From NCBI GenBank assembly GCA_965212015.1, contig OZ243037.1, positions 1,440,001 through 1,504,000 of the forward strand: a DNA stretch of 64,000 nt, read 5' to 3'. Shown here one piece after another: positions 9,277 through 19,677 of the stretch. This DNA comes from Cenarchaeum sp. (GTDB lineage Archaea; Thermoproteota; Nitrososphaeria; Nitrososphaerales; Nitrosopumilaceae). The notes below the pieces were generated by a model. The model was not told the origin of the DNA, searched no databases, and saw nothing but the letters and a program-made list of their open reading frames with translations. Both the position numbers and the translations under genes were made by a program. Positions within the stretch are counted from its first letter, which is position 1, and the number at the start of each line of letters is the position of its first letter.

Positions 9277-10572
9277 CTAAACCCATGCGGAAATTTTTCT
9301 TACCACATCATCCGGCTCTTTACCAAAAACAATTATCATCGGCTCTTTTCCAAAATCCCCCTCGTGATACACGGCATCGGGAGGATGCGCCATATTTTTT
9401 ATAACACTTTTAATCCCCCAGGAAACCGACGAGCCCTCCCTTGATTTTACAGATTCCGGCTCGCCCTTTCTGTCATAGCGTGCCACTGTTAGGCCTTTTT
9501 TGCGGATTCTCTGTATAGTGTCCGCACTATACCTTATGTTGACCCCGGATCTAATGCCGGGAAATTTTTTGCTCATCTCTAGTACGGCTGCTGCAACGTG
9601 CCTTGATCCGCCAAATATTATACCGCCTGCAACGATTACCTTTTTTCCGGCCCTGATGATTCTGCCGTCCAGACCGAGTATATCCTTTGTGGATTTCGGG
9701 TTTTTTCTGGCAAATACAAAATTTGTCTGACACTCCGGTATGTGGTTCCATATTTTTTTCTGTGCGGTAAAGTCACTTATCGCCTTTTTCAATTTTAGAG
9801 CATCCCCGCTCTGCATATATTTTGTAATTGCAATCCCGCTACCAAGTGATACCGCGTTTTTGATGGAATTGCGCGCGAATTTTTTTGCAATTATAGCGGA
9901 CTCCATTATACTATTCCCTCCTGCGATTGCACAAGCTAATGCCGCAGAATAGTCGCATCCGCTGCCGTGGTTCGTTATGGCAATCTTTTTGCCTGACATT
10001 ACCCTTTGCTCATTCCCAGAGAAAACATAATCATACACCATTCCGCCTGACTCTAAACCCGTAACGATTACATTTTTTGCACCCAATTCCATCAGTGTAT
10101 TGGCCGCAGGCGCAATACTATTTCCCCCTCTGACCACTCTGCCCGAGAGTATCCCCAGCTCGCGCACATTGGGCGTAATTATACTGGCCATCGGAATTAT
10201 AAATTTTTTAAAGCCGCCCAGCGCATTTTTCTCCAGCAGAATCCCGCCGGTAGTTGATTTTATCACGGGATCGACTATAACGGGAACGCCCAGCCCTGCA
10301 ATTTTCCTGTAAATCGCCCGTATATTCCGCATATTCAGCACCATGCCAATCTTTACCGAATTGACCTCAAAATCAGACAGTATGGAATCAATCTGCGATT
10401 CCAGCATTGCACCCGACACCGATTCCGCCCCGGAAAAACCCGACGTGTTCTGCCCCGTCACTGCCGTAATGGCCGTAAAGGCGTGGCAACCCAGGGCGGA
10501 GGCGGCCATGACGTCGCTTTGTATTCCCGCTCCAGACGACGGATCCGAGCCCCCTATACACAGCACATTCAA
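9277..10572 (-). CDS. thiD: Bifunctional HMP(-P) kinase / thiamine-phosphate synthase ThiDN
   Basis: GGSDPSSGAGIQSD, VDPV, ITPN, HGSGC; C-terminal ThiN domain (IPECQTN, FGGSRHVA, GKEPMI). Confidence 0.92.
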   Translation of the reverse strand: MNVLCIGGSDPSSGAGIQSDVMAASALGCHAFTAITAVTGQNTSGFSGAESVSGAMLESQIDSILSDFEVNSVKIGMVLNMRNIRAIYRKIAGLGVPVIVDPVIKSTTGGILLEKNALGGFKKFIIPMASIITPNVRELGILSGRVVRGGNSIAPAANTLMELGAKNVIVTGLESGGMVYDYVFSGNEQRVMSGKKIAITNHGSGCDYSAALACAIAGGNSIMESAIIAKKFARNSIKNAVSLGSGIAITKYMQSGDALKLKKAISDFTAQKKIWNHIPECQTNFVFARKNPKSTKDILGLDGRIIRAGKKVIVAGGIIFGGSRHVAAAVLEMSKKFPGIRSGVNIRYSADTIQRIRKKGLTVARYDRKGEPESVKSREGSSVSWGIKSVIKNMAHPPDAVYHEGDFGKEPMIIVFGKEPDDVVRKISAWV

Positions 10573-10842
10573 GCGTATATTCCACCATTCCTCATTCTAA
10601 TTATTATTGCGAAATCCGCCATATGCCTGAAAATACCCGATTATGACGTCTCTTGGACGCATTTAAACGAGCAAAACTCGTCCGTACCGCCCTGAAACTC
10701 CCTGCCGCAGTGCCTGCATTCCCTTATCATTCTCACCATCAATCACACCAGTTACGCCAATCTCGCATATAACCCTGATCCGGAATTCTGCGATCAGGCG
10801 CCATCATGACTGTTTAAATTTGGCCTATGCGTTTGATGTGGC

Positions 10843-12174
10843 GTGGCTACGCAGATTAGCTCCGCACGAAGGGGGGTGGCAACCGATCAGATGAGGCAGG
10901 TTGCAAAGGACGAGGACGTTACGCTAGAGTGGCTTTTGCCAAAGATGGCAAAGGGATCCATAATCATCCCCAGCAACAATACGAGGCCGCAAAAAATCCA
11001 CAACGTGGGAATCGGCCGGGGCCTAAAAACCAAGGTAAACGTAAACATTGGCACCTCCACGCTAAACGTCAACCTGGACGAGGAGATAGAAAAGGCAAAG
11101 GTCGCCGTAAAGTACCACGCCGACACCATAATGGATCTCAGCGACGGGGGCGATATCGGGGGGATACGCAGGTCTCTTCTTGAGGCCGCCCCTATAACAT
11201 TTGGAACGGTTCCAATCTATGAGGCATATAATAGGGCAGTAACCGTACACAAGGACCCGCTCAACCTTACCGAAGACGATTTCATAAACGCCTTTGAGAA
11301 CAATATTAAAGACGGCGTAGACTATACCACGATTCACGCCGGAATCACCAAACACATTGCAAAGCGCATCCTCAAGGTGCAGAGGTACGGCGGCGTGGTA
11401 AGCAAGGGCGGCACAATAACTGCCGCATGGATGCTCAGACACGACAAGGAAAACCCGTACCATTCCAATTTTGACTATCTGATAGAGCTTGCAGCAAAGT
11501 ACGACGTTACATTCAGTCTGGGCGACGCACTGCGTCCGGGATCCATTCTTGACTCGCACGACGAGCTGCAGGTACAGGAAATGATCAACGTTGCCCAGCT
11601 CACAAAGAGGGCCAATGAAAAGGACATACAGGTGATGGTCGAGGGCCCCGGCCACGTCCCGCTCAACGAGATTGCCGCAAACGTCAGGCTTGCAAAGTCC
11701 ATGATAGGCGAGGTCCCGTACTATGTACTCGGCCCGCTTGTGACAGATGTCGCATCCGGCCACGATCATATCGCCAGCGCCATAGGGGCGGCAATTTCCG
11801 CAAGCGAGGGAGTCGACCTATTATGCTATCTGACCCCGTCAGAGCATTTGGCGCTGCCTGATGCCTCTGAGGTAAAGGCGGGGCTGATTGCGTACCGTAT
11901 TGCCGCACACGCAGGCGATCTTGTAAAGATCAGGGACAAGGCCATAAAGTGGGATCTCAAAATGACGCAGGCCAGGCGCACGCTTGACTGGGAGGCGCAG
12001 CTTGCGCTGTCAATCGACCCCGAAGAGGCTGCGCGAATCCACAGCAGGACCGGCCAGCATCCGGGAAACAATGTTCCGTGTACAATGTGCGGCGGCGCCT
12101 GCGTGTACATTATGCTGCCACAGCAGAGAAAGTACGAAAAGCAGGACCTAGAGCAGGCCAGCCAGCACCCTTGA
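10843..12174 (+). CDS. thiC: Phosphomethylpyrimidine synthase
   Basis: KVNVNIGTS, MDLS, GTVPIY, SLGDALRPG, EGPGHVP, TPSEHL, CTMCGGAC. Confidence 0.97.
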   Translation: MATQISSARRGVATDQMRQVAKDEDVTLEWLLPKMAKGSIIIPSNNTRPQKIHNVGIGRGLKTKVNVNIGTSTLNVNLDEEIEKAKVAVKYHADTIMDLSDGGDIGGIRRSLLEAAPITFGTVPIYEAYNRAVTVHKDPLNLTEDDFINAFENNIKDGVDYTTIHAGITKHIAKRILKVQRYGGVVSKGGTITAAWMLRHDKENPYHSNFDYLIELAAKYDVTFSLGDALRPGSILDSHDELQVQEMINVAQLTKRANEKDIQVMVEGPGHVPLNEIAANVRLAKSMIGEVPYYVLGPLVTDVASGHDHIASAIGAAISASEGVDLLCYLTPSEHLALPDASEVKAGLIAYRIAAHAGDLVKIRDKAIKWDLKMTQARRTLDWEAQLALSIDPEEAARIHSRTGQHPGNNVPCTMCGGACVYIMLPQQRKYEKQDLEQASQHP

Positions 12175-12552
12175 GAGGTTGGGCACCGTATCATAGTCAG
12201 ATATCTGGCTTTTTTCCACCCACGTGTAATCCGAATTCTCCCAGTTCAGCCTTATTCTGGTGCAAGACGTTGAAAACAAAAACGGCCAGATTATCCACTC
12301 GTGGTTTTTGTACTGCGGCGAGCTGGCCCTGGTGGCCTTTGAGGATTTTACGAGGCAAATATCAGAGCTGCCGATTCCCACCTCCTCGTAAATCTCTATC
12401 TTTGCTCTATCTAGGGGCTGCTCGCCTTTTTCTATTATGCCGCTTACTGCCGCCCACAGCCCCTTCATCGACCTTACCTGCTGGCTCCTTTTAAGAAGCA
12501 AAAACTTGCCGTCCCTGGTGATAAAGGACGTCACTATCTCTGTGGAATGCAT
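12148..12552 (-). CDS. NUDIX hydrolase
   Basis: LLLKRS, SGIIEKGE...EIYEEVGI Nudix box, LNWEN. Confidence 0.85.
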   Translation of the reverse strand: MHSTEIVTSFITRDGKFLLLKRSQQVRSMKGLWAAVSGIIEKGEQPLDRAKIEIYEEVGIGSSDICLVKSSKATRASSPQYKNHEWIIWPFLFSTSCTRIRLNWENSDYTWVEKSQISDYDTVPNLSRVLAGLL

Positions 12553-12554
12553 GG

Positions 12555-13412
12555 CTATTTTCTGTCTATAACGTTTACCATCGTTGTGAGCTTTTTGTAG
12601 GAATCCTCCAGGTCTGTATTCTTTGAAAGCCTCTCCTGGCATGCCTTGATATAGTTTATGATCTCCTCTGTCTTTCCCTCCTGGACTGATGTGAGCAGCC
12701 TTCCAATGTCCTTCCAGAATTCCTCGGCATACTTTCTGATCTCGGGGTTTGAGATTATGGTCTCGATTAGCTCTGGTGACTCTGTCAGTATGCTTGCTGC
12801 CAGTATCTTTTGCGCCCTGAACGTGGTTCCGGACATTTTTTCAGTCAGCGTGCTTTTCTCGTCCTTTGAGATTACGCTTGCATAGACCAAATTCACCAGA
12901 TGGGTCAGGCCAAGAATCACCGCTATTTTTTTGTCGTGCTCGCTTGCGTCTATGGTGACAAAATTCGCCCCCTCGAACAAATCCTTGATTACTGCGAGCT
13001 CTTTTTTTGCGTCCTTTACGGGGATTGCAATTATGTTCTGGTTTTTTATCTTTCTTGTGCCGGGTCCGAACATTGGGTGTATGCATATGGGGTTTATCTT
13101 TGGGGGAATCTTTGAGAGGGCCGACATTGTCTTTGACTTTTGCGACGAGATCTCTATCAGATATGTTCCGCGCTTCATCTCTTTTGCGATCAGCCTGATT
13201 ATTTCTGGCGTCCTGCGGGTCGGCGTACAGAGCACCACATAGTCGGCCTGCAGGATTGCACCCACCAGGGATTCGGACTTTATTATCGCCTTGCCTGCGA
13301 GCTTGTTTTCGGAGTCATATCCGGTCACCTTGTAGCCCTTTTCGAGGAAAAACTTTGCAAACCATCTGCCCATCTTGCCGCCTGCCCCTATGATTGTGAT
13401 ATTTTTGCCCAT
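12555..13412 (-). CDS. tyrA: Prephenate/arogenate dehydrogenase
   Basis: IIGAGGKMG, IHPMFGP, EHDK..A..LGLTH; aro operon context. Confidence 0.9.
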   Translation of the reverse strand: MGKNITIIGAGGKMGRWFAKFFLEKGYKVTGYDSENKLAGKAIIKSESLVGAILQADYVVLCTPTRRTPEIIRLIAKEMKRGTYLIEISSQKSKTMSALSKIPPKINPICIHPMFGPGTRKIKNQNIIAIPVKDAKKELAVIKDLFEGANFVTIDASEHDKKIAVILGLTHLVNLVYASVISKDEKSTLTEKMSGTTFRAQKILAASILTESPELIETIISNPEIRKYAEEFWKDIGRLLTSVQEGKTEEIINYIKACQERLSKNTDLEDSYKKLTTMVNVIDRK

Positions 13413-14773
13413 TATTTGCCCCCTAGCACGTCGCCGAGTATACCCATGCCCTCCATTAGTTTCTTTTCGTCCTGGCATGCAGAAATCCTGATAAAATCCC
13501 TATATTCTCCAAATCCTTCCCCCGATACTACTGCCAACCCGTGCTCTAAAAGACTATTGGCCATCCGGACGCCATCTGGGCACTTTTTTGCCCTTGCAAA
13601 CAGGTACATCGCCCCATCCGGCCTTGCAAATTCCAGGCCGAGGCCCTCTGCCATACTAGAGAGCATTTTGAGCCTTTTTTGAATCGTACCGGAATTCGCC
13701 GAGATATCCGCCCCTAAGGCCTCTATGGCGGAGTACTGGATTGGTTCTGCCACGCTGGTAAGGCACAGTGCCTGCAGCCTCACCATCCTGTCTATAACGT
13801 CCCTTTTTGCTATTGCGTATCCAATCCTGAATCCCGTCATTGCGTGCGACTTTGAGAACGACTGCGTAATTATGCTCTTGTCGTATCCGTACTTTAGGAC
13901 GCTGTTCCAGTCCTTGAAAGAGTATTCGGAGTAAATCTCATCACTCAAAACGTACAGGTCGTTGCGCCGCGCAAGCGACATTATTCCGTCCTGAATGTCA
14001 GCGTTTAGAATCTTTCCGGTGGGATTGTTCGGATAATTCAGCACTATCATGCGGGTGTTTGCATTTATTGCGTCTTTAATCTCGCCAATATCCGGCTCCC
14101 ATTTTCCCTCAAGCGTGGTCCCTATGCTTTGTACCTTTATTCCCGCATTTATCGCACAGTCCTTGTATGCGGGCCACGACGGATCTATTATGATAATCTC
14201 ATCACCAGGATTCAACAAAGTGGTGATTGCAAGAAACACGCAAAACCTTGCGCCGGGACTCACCAGTATGTTATCCTGCTCTATTCCGGGGTGGAACTTT
14301 TCTGATGCGTACTGTGCCAGCGCGTAGCGCAATTGTGGCAGGCCGCCTGCCGGGCCGTACTTTGTGAATCCCTTCTCGCACGCCTCGCCGAGTGCGCGCC
14401 TTGCGTCCGGCGGCGGCATAAAGTCCGGCTCGCCTATCTCCATGTGGATTATTTTTTTTCCCTGCGCCTCTAGCGCCTTTGCCCGGTGAAACATAGAGAG
14501 GTGCGTCTGCTTTGCTGACTGTACCTTGATTGACTCGTTGATTAGAAAATTCAAAAACTTTGTGGCAATGGACTCGTCCAGTCCTATTATACCGCACAGC
14601 TCAACCACACTCCGGCGGAGGCTGTTCTCCCTCTGCCTGTCAGTCACCTGCATGCCGGCGTTTTTTTTAATCTCGCCTATCTGCCTTACCGTGTCGGTCC
14701 TGTCCTTGAGCAGCCTTATCATCTCTAGCGTGGTCGCATCAATCTTGTTGCGCAGGGTCTCTATATCGGACAT
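13412..14773 (-). CDS. Chorismate mutase fused to class I/II aminotransferase
   Basis: N-terminal AroQ (LRNKID..D.QRE); C-terminal GEPDF, PNNPTG, SDEIY, SFSKSHAMTGFRIGY. Confidence 0.9.
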   Translation of the reverse strand: MSDIETLRNKIDATTLEMIRLLKDRTDTVRQIGEIKKNAGMQVTDRQRENSLRRSVVELCGIIGLDESIATKFLNFLINESIKVQSAKQTHLSMFHRAKALEAQGKKIIHMEIGEPDFMPPPDARRALGEACEKGFTKYGPAGGLPQLRYALAQYASEKFHPGIEQDNILVSPGARFCVFLAITTLLNPGDEIIIIDPSWPAYKDCAINAGIKVQSIGTTLEGKWEPDIGEIKDAINANTRMIVLNYPNNPTGKILNADIQDGIMSLARRNDLYVLSDEIYSEYSFKDWNSVLKYGYDKSIITQSFSKSHAMTGFRIGYAIAKRDVIDRMVRLQALCLTSVAEPIQYSAIEALGADISANSGTIQKRLKMLSSMAEGLGLEFARPDGAMYLFARAKKCPDGVRMANSLLEHGLAVVSGEGFGEYRDFIRISACQDEKKLMEGMGILGDVLGGK

Positions 14774-14775
14774 GG

Positions 14776-15867
14776 CTATAATACCGGCTTTATGAACCCG
14801 CCCTGCAAGGCGTGATCGGCTATAACAAGTGAGACTAGCGCATCCACCACCGGCGGGGCCCGCGGCACCACGCAGGGGTCGTGCCTTCCCTCGACTAGCA
14901 GCCGCGCAGGCTTTTTGGTGTCAATGTCTACTGTGTCCTGCTCCTGGGCGATTGACGATGCGGGCTTGAATGCGACTCTCATTGTAATGGGCATCCCGTT
15001 TGAGATTCCGCCCAGGATGCCGCCGGCATTGTTGGTCCTTGTGGTTATTTTGCCGCCCTCGACCTGATACAGGTCGTTGTTCTGCGAGCCGAGCTTGGAG
15101 GATCCCTCAAAGCCGGAGCCAAACTCTATCCCCTTTACCGACGGAATCGAGTATACCGCCCTGCTAATGTCTGATTCCAGCGAGCCAAAGACGGGATCGC
15201 CGAGTCCTACCGGCAGGCCGGTCACCACCGACTCTATTATCCCGCCAAGCGAGTCCTTTTCCTTTCTCGCAGAAACAATGGCGTCCCTCATCTTTTCGGC
15301 AGTCTTGGAATCAGGACACCTGACATCGTTTGAATAGATTGATTCCGGCCTTCCCTGTATTCCAGAATTTGCCTTTATCTTTCCAATCTGTACGGTATAG
15401 GAATTGACCTCTATGCCGAGCGTCTCTCTGATCAGCTTTCTTGCTATTGCGCCGCCCATTACGTGGGTTGCGGTAAGCCGTCCCGAAAAGCGGCCGCCGC
15501 CGCGATAGTCGTTGAACTTTTTGTACTTTATCATTGCCGGATAGTCGGCGTGTCCGGGGCGCAGCTTTGTTTGTAGTCCCTCGTACGCCTCTGATCTCTG
15601 ATCCTTGTTCCATATTATCATCGTAATTGGGGCCCCCGTGGTGCGGTTTTTAAAGACGCCCGAGATTATGTCGACTGTATCGTCCTCCTTTCTCTGCGTG
15701 GTTATTCCGGACTGGCCGGGCCTTCTCTGGTTCAGCATTCCCTGTATGTCGTTTTCCTCGAGCTTCATGCCGGCCGGACATCCGTCCAATACGGCGCCGA
15801 CGCATCTTCCGTGACTCTCGCCAAAGCTCGTCAGAACGAGCCTCTTTCCTATTGAGCTACCAGACAA
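14776..15867 (-). CDS. aroC: Chorismate synthase
   Basis: FGESHG, RRPGQS, RPGHAD, GGGRFSGR, GGISNG, GRHDPC. Confidence 0.97.
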   Translation of the reverse strand: MSGSSIGKRLVLTSFGESHGRCVGAVLDGCPAGMKLEENDIQGMLNQRRPGQSGITTQRKEDDTVDIISGVFKNRTTGAPITMIIWNKDQRSEAYEGLQTKLRPGHADYPAMIKYKKFNDYRGGGRFSGRLTATHVMGGAIARKLIRETLGIEVNSYTVQIGKIKANSGIQGRPESIYSNDVRCPDSKTAEKMRDAIVSARKEKDSLGGIIESVVTGLPVGLGDPVFGSLESDISRAVYSIPSVKGIEFGSGFEGSSKLGSQNNDLYQVEGGKITTRTNNAGGILGGISNGMPITMRVAFKPASSIAQEQDTVDIDTKKPARLLVEGRHDPCVVPRAPPVVDALVSLVIADHALQGGFIKPVL

Positions 15868-15900
15868 TAATTACAGCTAGTCACCGGATGCTTATAATTC

Positions 15901-17160
15901 CTATGCAAGGGTTATGCGCCCGCCGGCCCGGTTGATATCGCCGACAAAGTCAGGATATGACACGGCTGCGGATTCGATATCAGAGACTGTGCACTCTCCG
16001 ATGTATATGCCGGCTATGCAAAACGCCATAGCCAGCCTGTGGTCATTATGGGAATCAAAGTCGGCCCTGGCAGGCTCTCCGGGCTTTATGACCATCCCGT
16101 CGGGTCTCTCTTGTATGTCCAGTCCCGCCTTTGCCAGCTCGTCACACAGTATTTTTATCCGGTCAGTCTCCTTGAGCCGCGCGTGGCCCACATTGTAAAT
16201 CTCAATCGGGTTTTTTGACTTTAGCGCCAGAATGGCAAGCGCCGGCAGGAGATCCGGCGTATTGTTCAAATCAAACCTTCCCCCGTTCAGTTTTTCGGGG
16301 GATTTTGTGACTAGCACGCCATCCTTTTCAGCTACCATAACTCCCAGCTTGCCCAGTATGTCCAAAAACGCGTCATCGCCCTGTGGCAGACTAGTGGTTT
16401 TGATCCCAATTGACAGCCCGTCGCCTACCAGTACGGCTGCCGACAGCAGCAGGGCCAGATTTGAGGCATCTGACGGCACGACAAAGTCAGTGCCGCTGTA
16501 CGGCTGGGGCGGAATGGAGTATTTTTTGTACACTTTGATTGTATCGACTGTTGCGCCAAATTTTTCCATCGTGGCAATTGTAGCATCAAGGTACGGCCTT
16601 GATACCAGATGACCGCCTATCTCCAGTGTAATGCCCTTTTCTGTGAGGGGTGCTGCCAGCATTAGCGCAGAGACAAACTGGCTTGATACGTCCCCTGAAA
16701 TGCCCACCTGGCCGCCTGCAATTATCCCGCTAATGGTAACCGGGGGATTTCCACCGTCTGATGTGCATTTTGCACCCATTGATTCCAAGGCGGCAAGCAG
16801 CGGCATCATTGGCCTTTTTCTCAAGCTGCCATCCCCCGTAAGGGAAGATTCTCCATCACCCAGCCCCGCGATGGCCGCCGCAATTCTTATCGTGGTCCCC
16901 GAGTTTGCCGCATCAATCCTGGCAGGCAGTATGGGGCCGCCGCCTTTTACCATAAGGGTAGAGTCCTCCCAGTGAATTTTCGCGCCAAACCCCCGGCACG
17001 CCCGTATTGTGGATTCCACATCCTCTGATTTCAATACGTCCTGTATCCTGCTAGTAGTGCGCGACAGCGCAGCAGCAAAGACGGCCCTGTGCGAATAGCT
17101 CTTGCTGGACGGACATGCAATTCTCCCGTCTAGCATTCCCCTTGTGGTTCTACAGGACAT
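15901..17160 (-). CDS. aroA: 3-phosphoshikimate 1-carboxyvinyltransferase
   Basis: SKSYSHR, NSGTT, SSQFVSAL, RLKETDR, DHRLAM. Confidence 0.96.
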   Translation of the reverse strand: MSCRTTRGMLDGRIACPSSKSYSHRAVFAAALSRTTSRIQDVLKSEDVESTIRACRGFGAKIHWEDSTLMVKGGGPILPARIDAANSGTTIRIAAAIAGLGDGESSLTGDGSLRKRPMMPLLAALESMGAKCTSDGGNPPVTISGIIAGGQVGISGDVSSQFVSALMLAAPLTEKGITLEIGGHLVSRPYLDATIATMEKFGATVDTIKVYKKYSIPPQPYSGTDFVVPSDASNLALLLSAAVLVGDGLSIGIKTTSLPQGDDAFLDILGKLGVMVAEKDGVLVTKSPEKLNGGRFDLNNTPDLLPALAILALKSKNPIEIYNVGHARLKETDRIKILCDELAKAGLDIQERPDGMVIKPGEPARADFDSHNDHRLAMAFCIAGIYIGECTVSDIESAAVSYPDFVGDINRAGGRITLA

Positions 17161-18001
17161 GTACCTCTGCCTTTTTGTTGTTTACGCGCGACGTGATTAT
17201 GCGCCCGTCGAGTGCGGAGAATACTTTTTTTATCCCGTTAATGTTTGCCTTTTTTGTCACGGCCGCTATGGCAGGACCATTCCCGGACACTGATGCGCCA
17301 AGGGCGCCCCTTCCCATCAGGTCGGCAATTATGCCGGGACTGGAGTCCAGTATTGCCGACGTGGCAAGCCCGTTTAGCACCATTGCGTTCCAATAGTCTG
17401 ACTTTCTGGCAAGGCTCCACGCCCTTTCAAACACGGGCGTGAGTGACTTTAATTTTTTTATGTTTCCGCGCTTTCTTGACTTGGGGACGAGTATCACCGC
17501 AAACAGATCCTTTGGGCTTTTTTGCGAGTGGACTATTCTCCGCCTGTGATTGTCAGTCACCACAAACCCGCCGTAATAGCACGCACATGCGTCGTCATAT
17601 GCTCCCGTCACGCTGACCCGGGTCTCGATGGACGCATTCACGCCGGCAAGCAGCACCTGCGAGTCATCCACTCTTCCCCGGAACAGTCTGGTGCACGCAA
17701 GGGCAACGGATGACGAGATTGCACTGGAGCTCTTTAGCCCGTATCCCACCGGAATGTCCGACTCTAGCACCACGCGCACCCTGTTTTTTTCCAGCTCTTT
17801 TTTCGGAACCACCCTTTGGATGGTCTTGGTTATCAGCCGGGAGCTGATGCTGCGCGTCTCTGACTCTATGGCTATGCCGCTTCCCCGGGACGTCTCGACT
17901 CTTGCGCGCACCCCGAGGTCTATTCCCAGTGTGGCCCCCCGTCCTGTGGCTATTGCGTTTACTATGGATACGGCGCCGTGGATGCCGGCCCGCGCTATCA
18001 T
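17150..18001 (-). CDS. aroK: Archaeal (GHMP-type) shikimate kinase
   Basis: SIVNAIATG, IPVGYGLKSSSA, TGAYDDACA, SGNGP. Confidence 0.93.
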   Translation of the reverse strand: MIARAGIHGAVSIVNAIATGRGATLGIDLGVRARVETSRGSGIAIESETRSISSRLITKTIQRVVPKKELEKNRVRVVLESDIPVGYGLKSSSAISSSVALACTRLFRGRVDDSQVLLAGVNASIETRVSVTGAYDDACACYYGGFVVTDNHRRRIVHSQKSPKDLFAVILVPKSRKRGNIKKLKSLTPVFERAWSLARKSDYWNAMVLNGLATSAILDSSPGIIADLMGRGALGASVSGNGPAIAAVTKKANINGIKKVFSALDGRIITSRVNNKKAEVHVL

Positions 18002-18816
18002 TAGAAACCACCCAGCACTGCCTTTTTCATTGCCTCGTACGGGGCCTTTTTTTTGTGCCATATCTCAAAGGACCTGCATGCCTGTCCCAGAAGCATTTCG
18101 TATCCGTAGATTGTGGTGGCGCCTGCTTTTTTGGATTTTTTTATCAGATCCGTGTTCATCGGCATGTACACTATATCGTATATGACGGAGCTCTTGGGGA
18201 CTGACCGAATCGGGCTCTGCTCGCCCCTCAGCCCAATCGGGGTGGCATTCACTATGAACTTGTATCTTCCGGCGATCCCGTCTGCGTCCTCGAGTCTCGT
18301 CGAGTCTGAATTGAGGCCCAGGTTTATTGCAAGCCACGCCAGCTCGCCTGCTTTTTGCAGATTCCTGCTTGCGATTGTAATGCTGCCTGCCTTTTCTTTT
18401 GCAAATGCGGCAGTTATGGCCCTTGCGGCCCCGCCCGAGCCTAGCAGCAGCACGCTGGCATCCCTTACCTGTATGTTCCTCTTTTTGATGGGATCCATGA
18501 ATCCGTCCATGTCCGTATTGTACCCCTTTAGAACCCCGTCCGCATGCGTCACGGTATTGGCAGCACCGATCACGCTGCAGTCCTCGTCCATCCTGTCAAG
18601 GTACTTTATCATCCCGATTTTGTGGGGGACTGTAACGTTGAATCCGGCAATGTTTATTTTTTTGAGCGACTCTATGCCCTCCTCTAGCTCGTCCTTTGGA
18701 ATCCTGTACGCGATATAGGTGCACTCGAGGCCCGTCTCCTTGAATGCCGCATTGTGTATGTTCGGCGAGAGGGAGTGGTCTATCGGATCGCCGATTACCG
18801 CGTATGTGGCCGCCAT
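18001..18816 (-). CDS. aroE: Shikimate dehydrogenase
   Basis: GDPIDHSLSP, NVTVPHK, NTD, GSGGAA, NATPIG, MLLGQA. Confidence 0.95.
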   Translation of the reverse strand: MAATYAVIGDPIDHSLSPNIHNAAFKETGLECTYIAYRIPKDELEEGIESLKKINIAGFNVTVPHKIGMIKYLDRMDEDCSVIGAANTVTHADGVLKGYNTDMDGFMDPIKKRNIQVRDASVLLLGSGGAARAITAAFAKEKAGSITIASRNLQKAGELAWLAINLGLNSDSTRLEDADGIAGRYKFIVNATPIGLRGEQSPIRSVPKSSVIYDIVYMPMNTDLIKKSKKAGATTIYGYEMLLGQACRSFEIWHKKKAPYEAMKKAVLGGF

Positions 18817-18889
18817 AATTTTTTCACGGGCATGATTCATTTAAACTAAATTGTTCGGGGTCTGGTCTGCGGATCCGCCGGATTTTGCA

Positions 18890-19001
18890 AAAAACCAATC
18901 CGTTACGGGTTTACACTGCCGGCATTCCGGGTAACAGGCTAGGTTCCGTACCTGCGGATCCAAACATCCCTCTTGAACCTAACCGGTTACCATTCCGGGT
19001 A
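18890..19001 (-). other. Structured intergenic element / candidate ncRNA between aroD and aroE
   Basis: 17-bp stem (18930-18946 with 18975-18991) enclosing a small hairpin; 11-bp direct repeat CATTCCGGGTA; T-run on minus strand at about 18890. Confidence 0.4.
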
Positions 19002-19017
19002 CGGGGTCCTGGCCGGC

Positions 19018-19677
19018 CTAGATGATCCTTTTGATCTGCCTCAGGCTGAACTGTCCCGGTGCCACCGGCCTTCCCAGCGAGACATAGGTAAACGGGCTTC
19101 CCATGTACAGGCACAGAATCCTTGAAATCCTGCCCAGATCCCCCATTGCAAACGCAACCAGGCTGGTGTCCTTGGCGCAGGCATACAGCGCAAGCACGTA
19201 TGATGCGTCATGGATTTTTTTTGCACTCGTTACGATTTTCACGTATCTGGAGTACCGCCTCATCTCGGCAAGACGCCTCTGTAGCACCCCGATTCCAGGC
19301 GTCCTGCGAAAATCGTGCCACGAGACGAGCATGTCAGTACCGGTCTTTTTTATGAATGCCGCAAGCGCCCTGTCCTTTTTTATGGCGTTAAACTCGACAT
19401 CAATCAGAAACGGATCATAGCTGGCAATCAGCCTAAGAATTGATCTGCGCTCCTTTTCTGTCCCCGAAAACCGCCCGCCCTCTGACTTTGGCCTCAGCGT
19501 GCAGACGGTCCGGCCAAGGTGCCTCCCTGCGAGGTTTAGCGCCTCTGGAACCTGCGACGGATTAAGAAAGTCAAGGCGCAGCTCTGCAAAGTCGGACTCT
19601 TTTAGCGCCCGCCTGAGGACGGAACAGAGTTTTTTCGGGCTATTTTCTGCAATGGATACGCACGTCTTGTACTTCAT
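19018..19677 (-). CDS. aroD: Type I 3-dehydroquinate dehydratase
   Basis: ELRLD, TLRPKSEGG, SWHDF..TP, KIV, AMG, APGQ. Confidence 0.95.
   Translation of the reverse strand: MKYKTCVSIAENSPKKLCSVLRRALKESDFAELRLDFLNPSQVPEALNLAGRHLGRTVCTLRPKSEGGRFSGTEKERRSILRLIASYDPFLIDVEFNAIKKDRALAAFIKKTGTDMLVSWHDFRRTPGIGVLQRRLAEMRRYSRYVKIVTSAKKIHDASYVLALYACAKDTSLVAFAMGDLGRISRILCLYMGSPFTYVSLGRPVAPGQFSLRQIKRII

Noticed and set aside
10600-10842. TPP riboswitch upstream of thiC (CCTGATCCGGA... hairpin near 10773-10798)
   Set aside because: Only a simple CCTGATC/GATCAGG inverted repeat; the GCUGAGA and AGCGUAGGGA elements are absent
18890-19001. 6S RNA or known riboswitch identity for the aroD-aroE element
   Set aside because: Short motifs (CTTGAACC, CGGCATTCCGGG) are reminiscent, but order, length and fold do not fit; kept only as an unknown element
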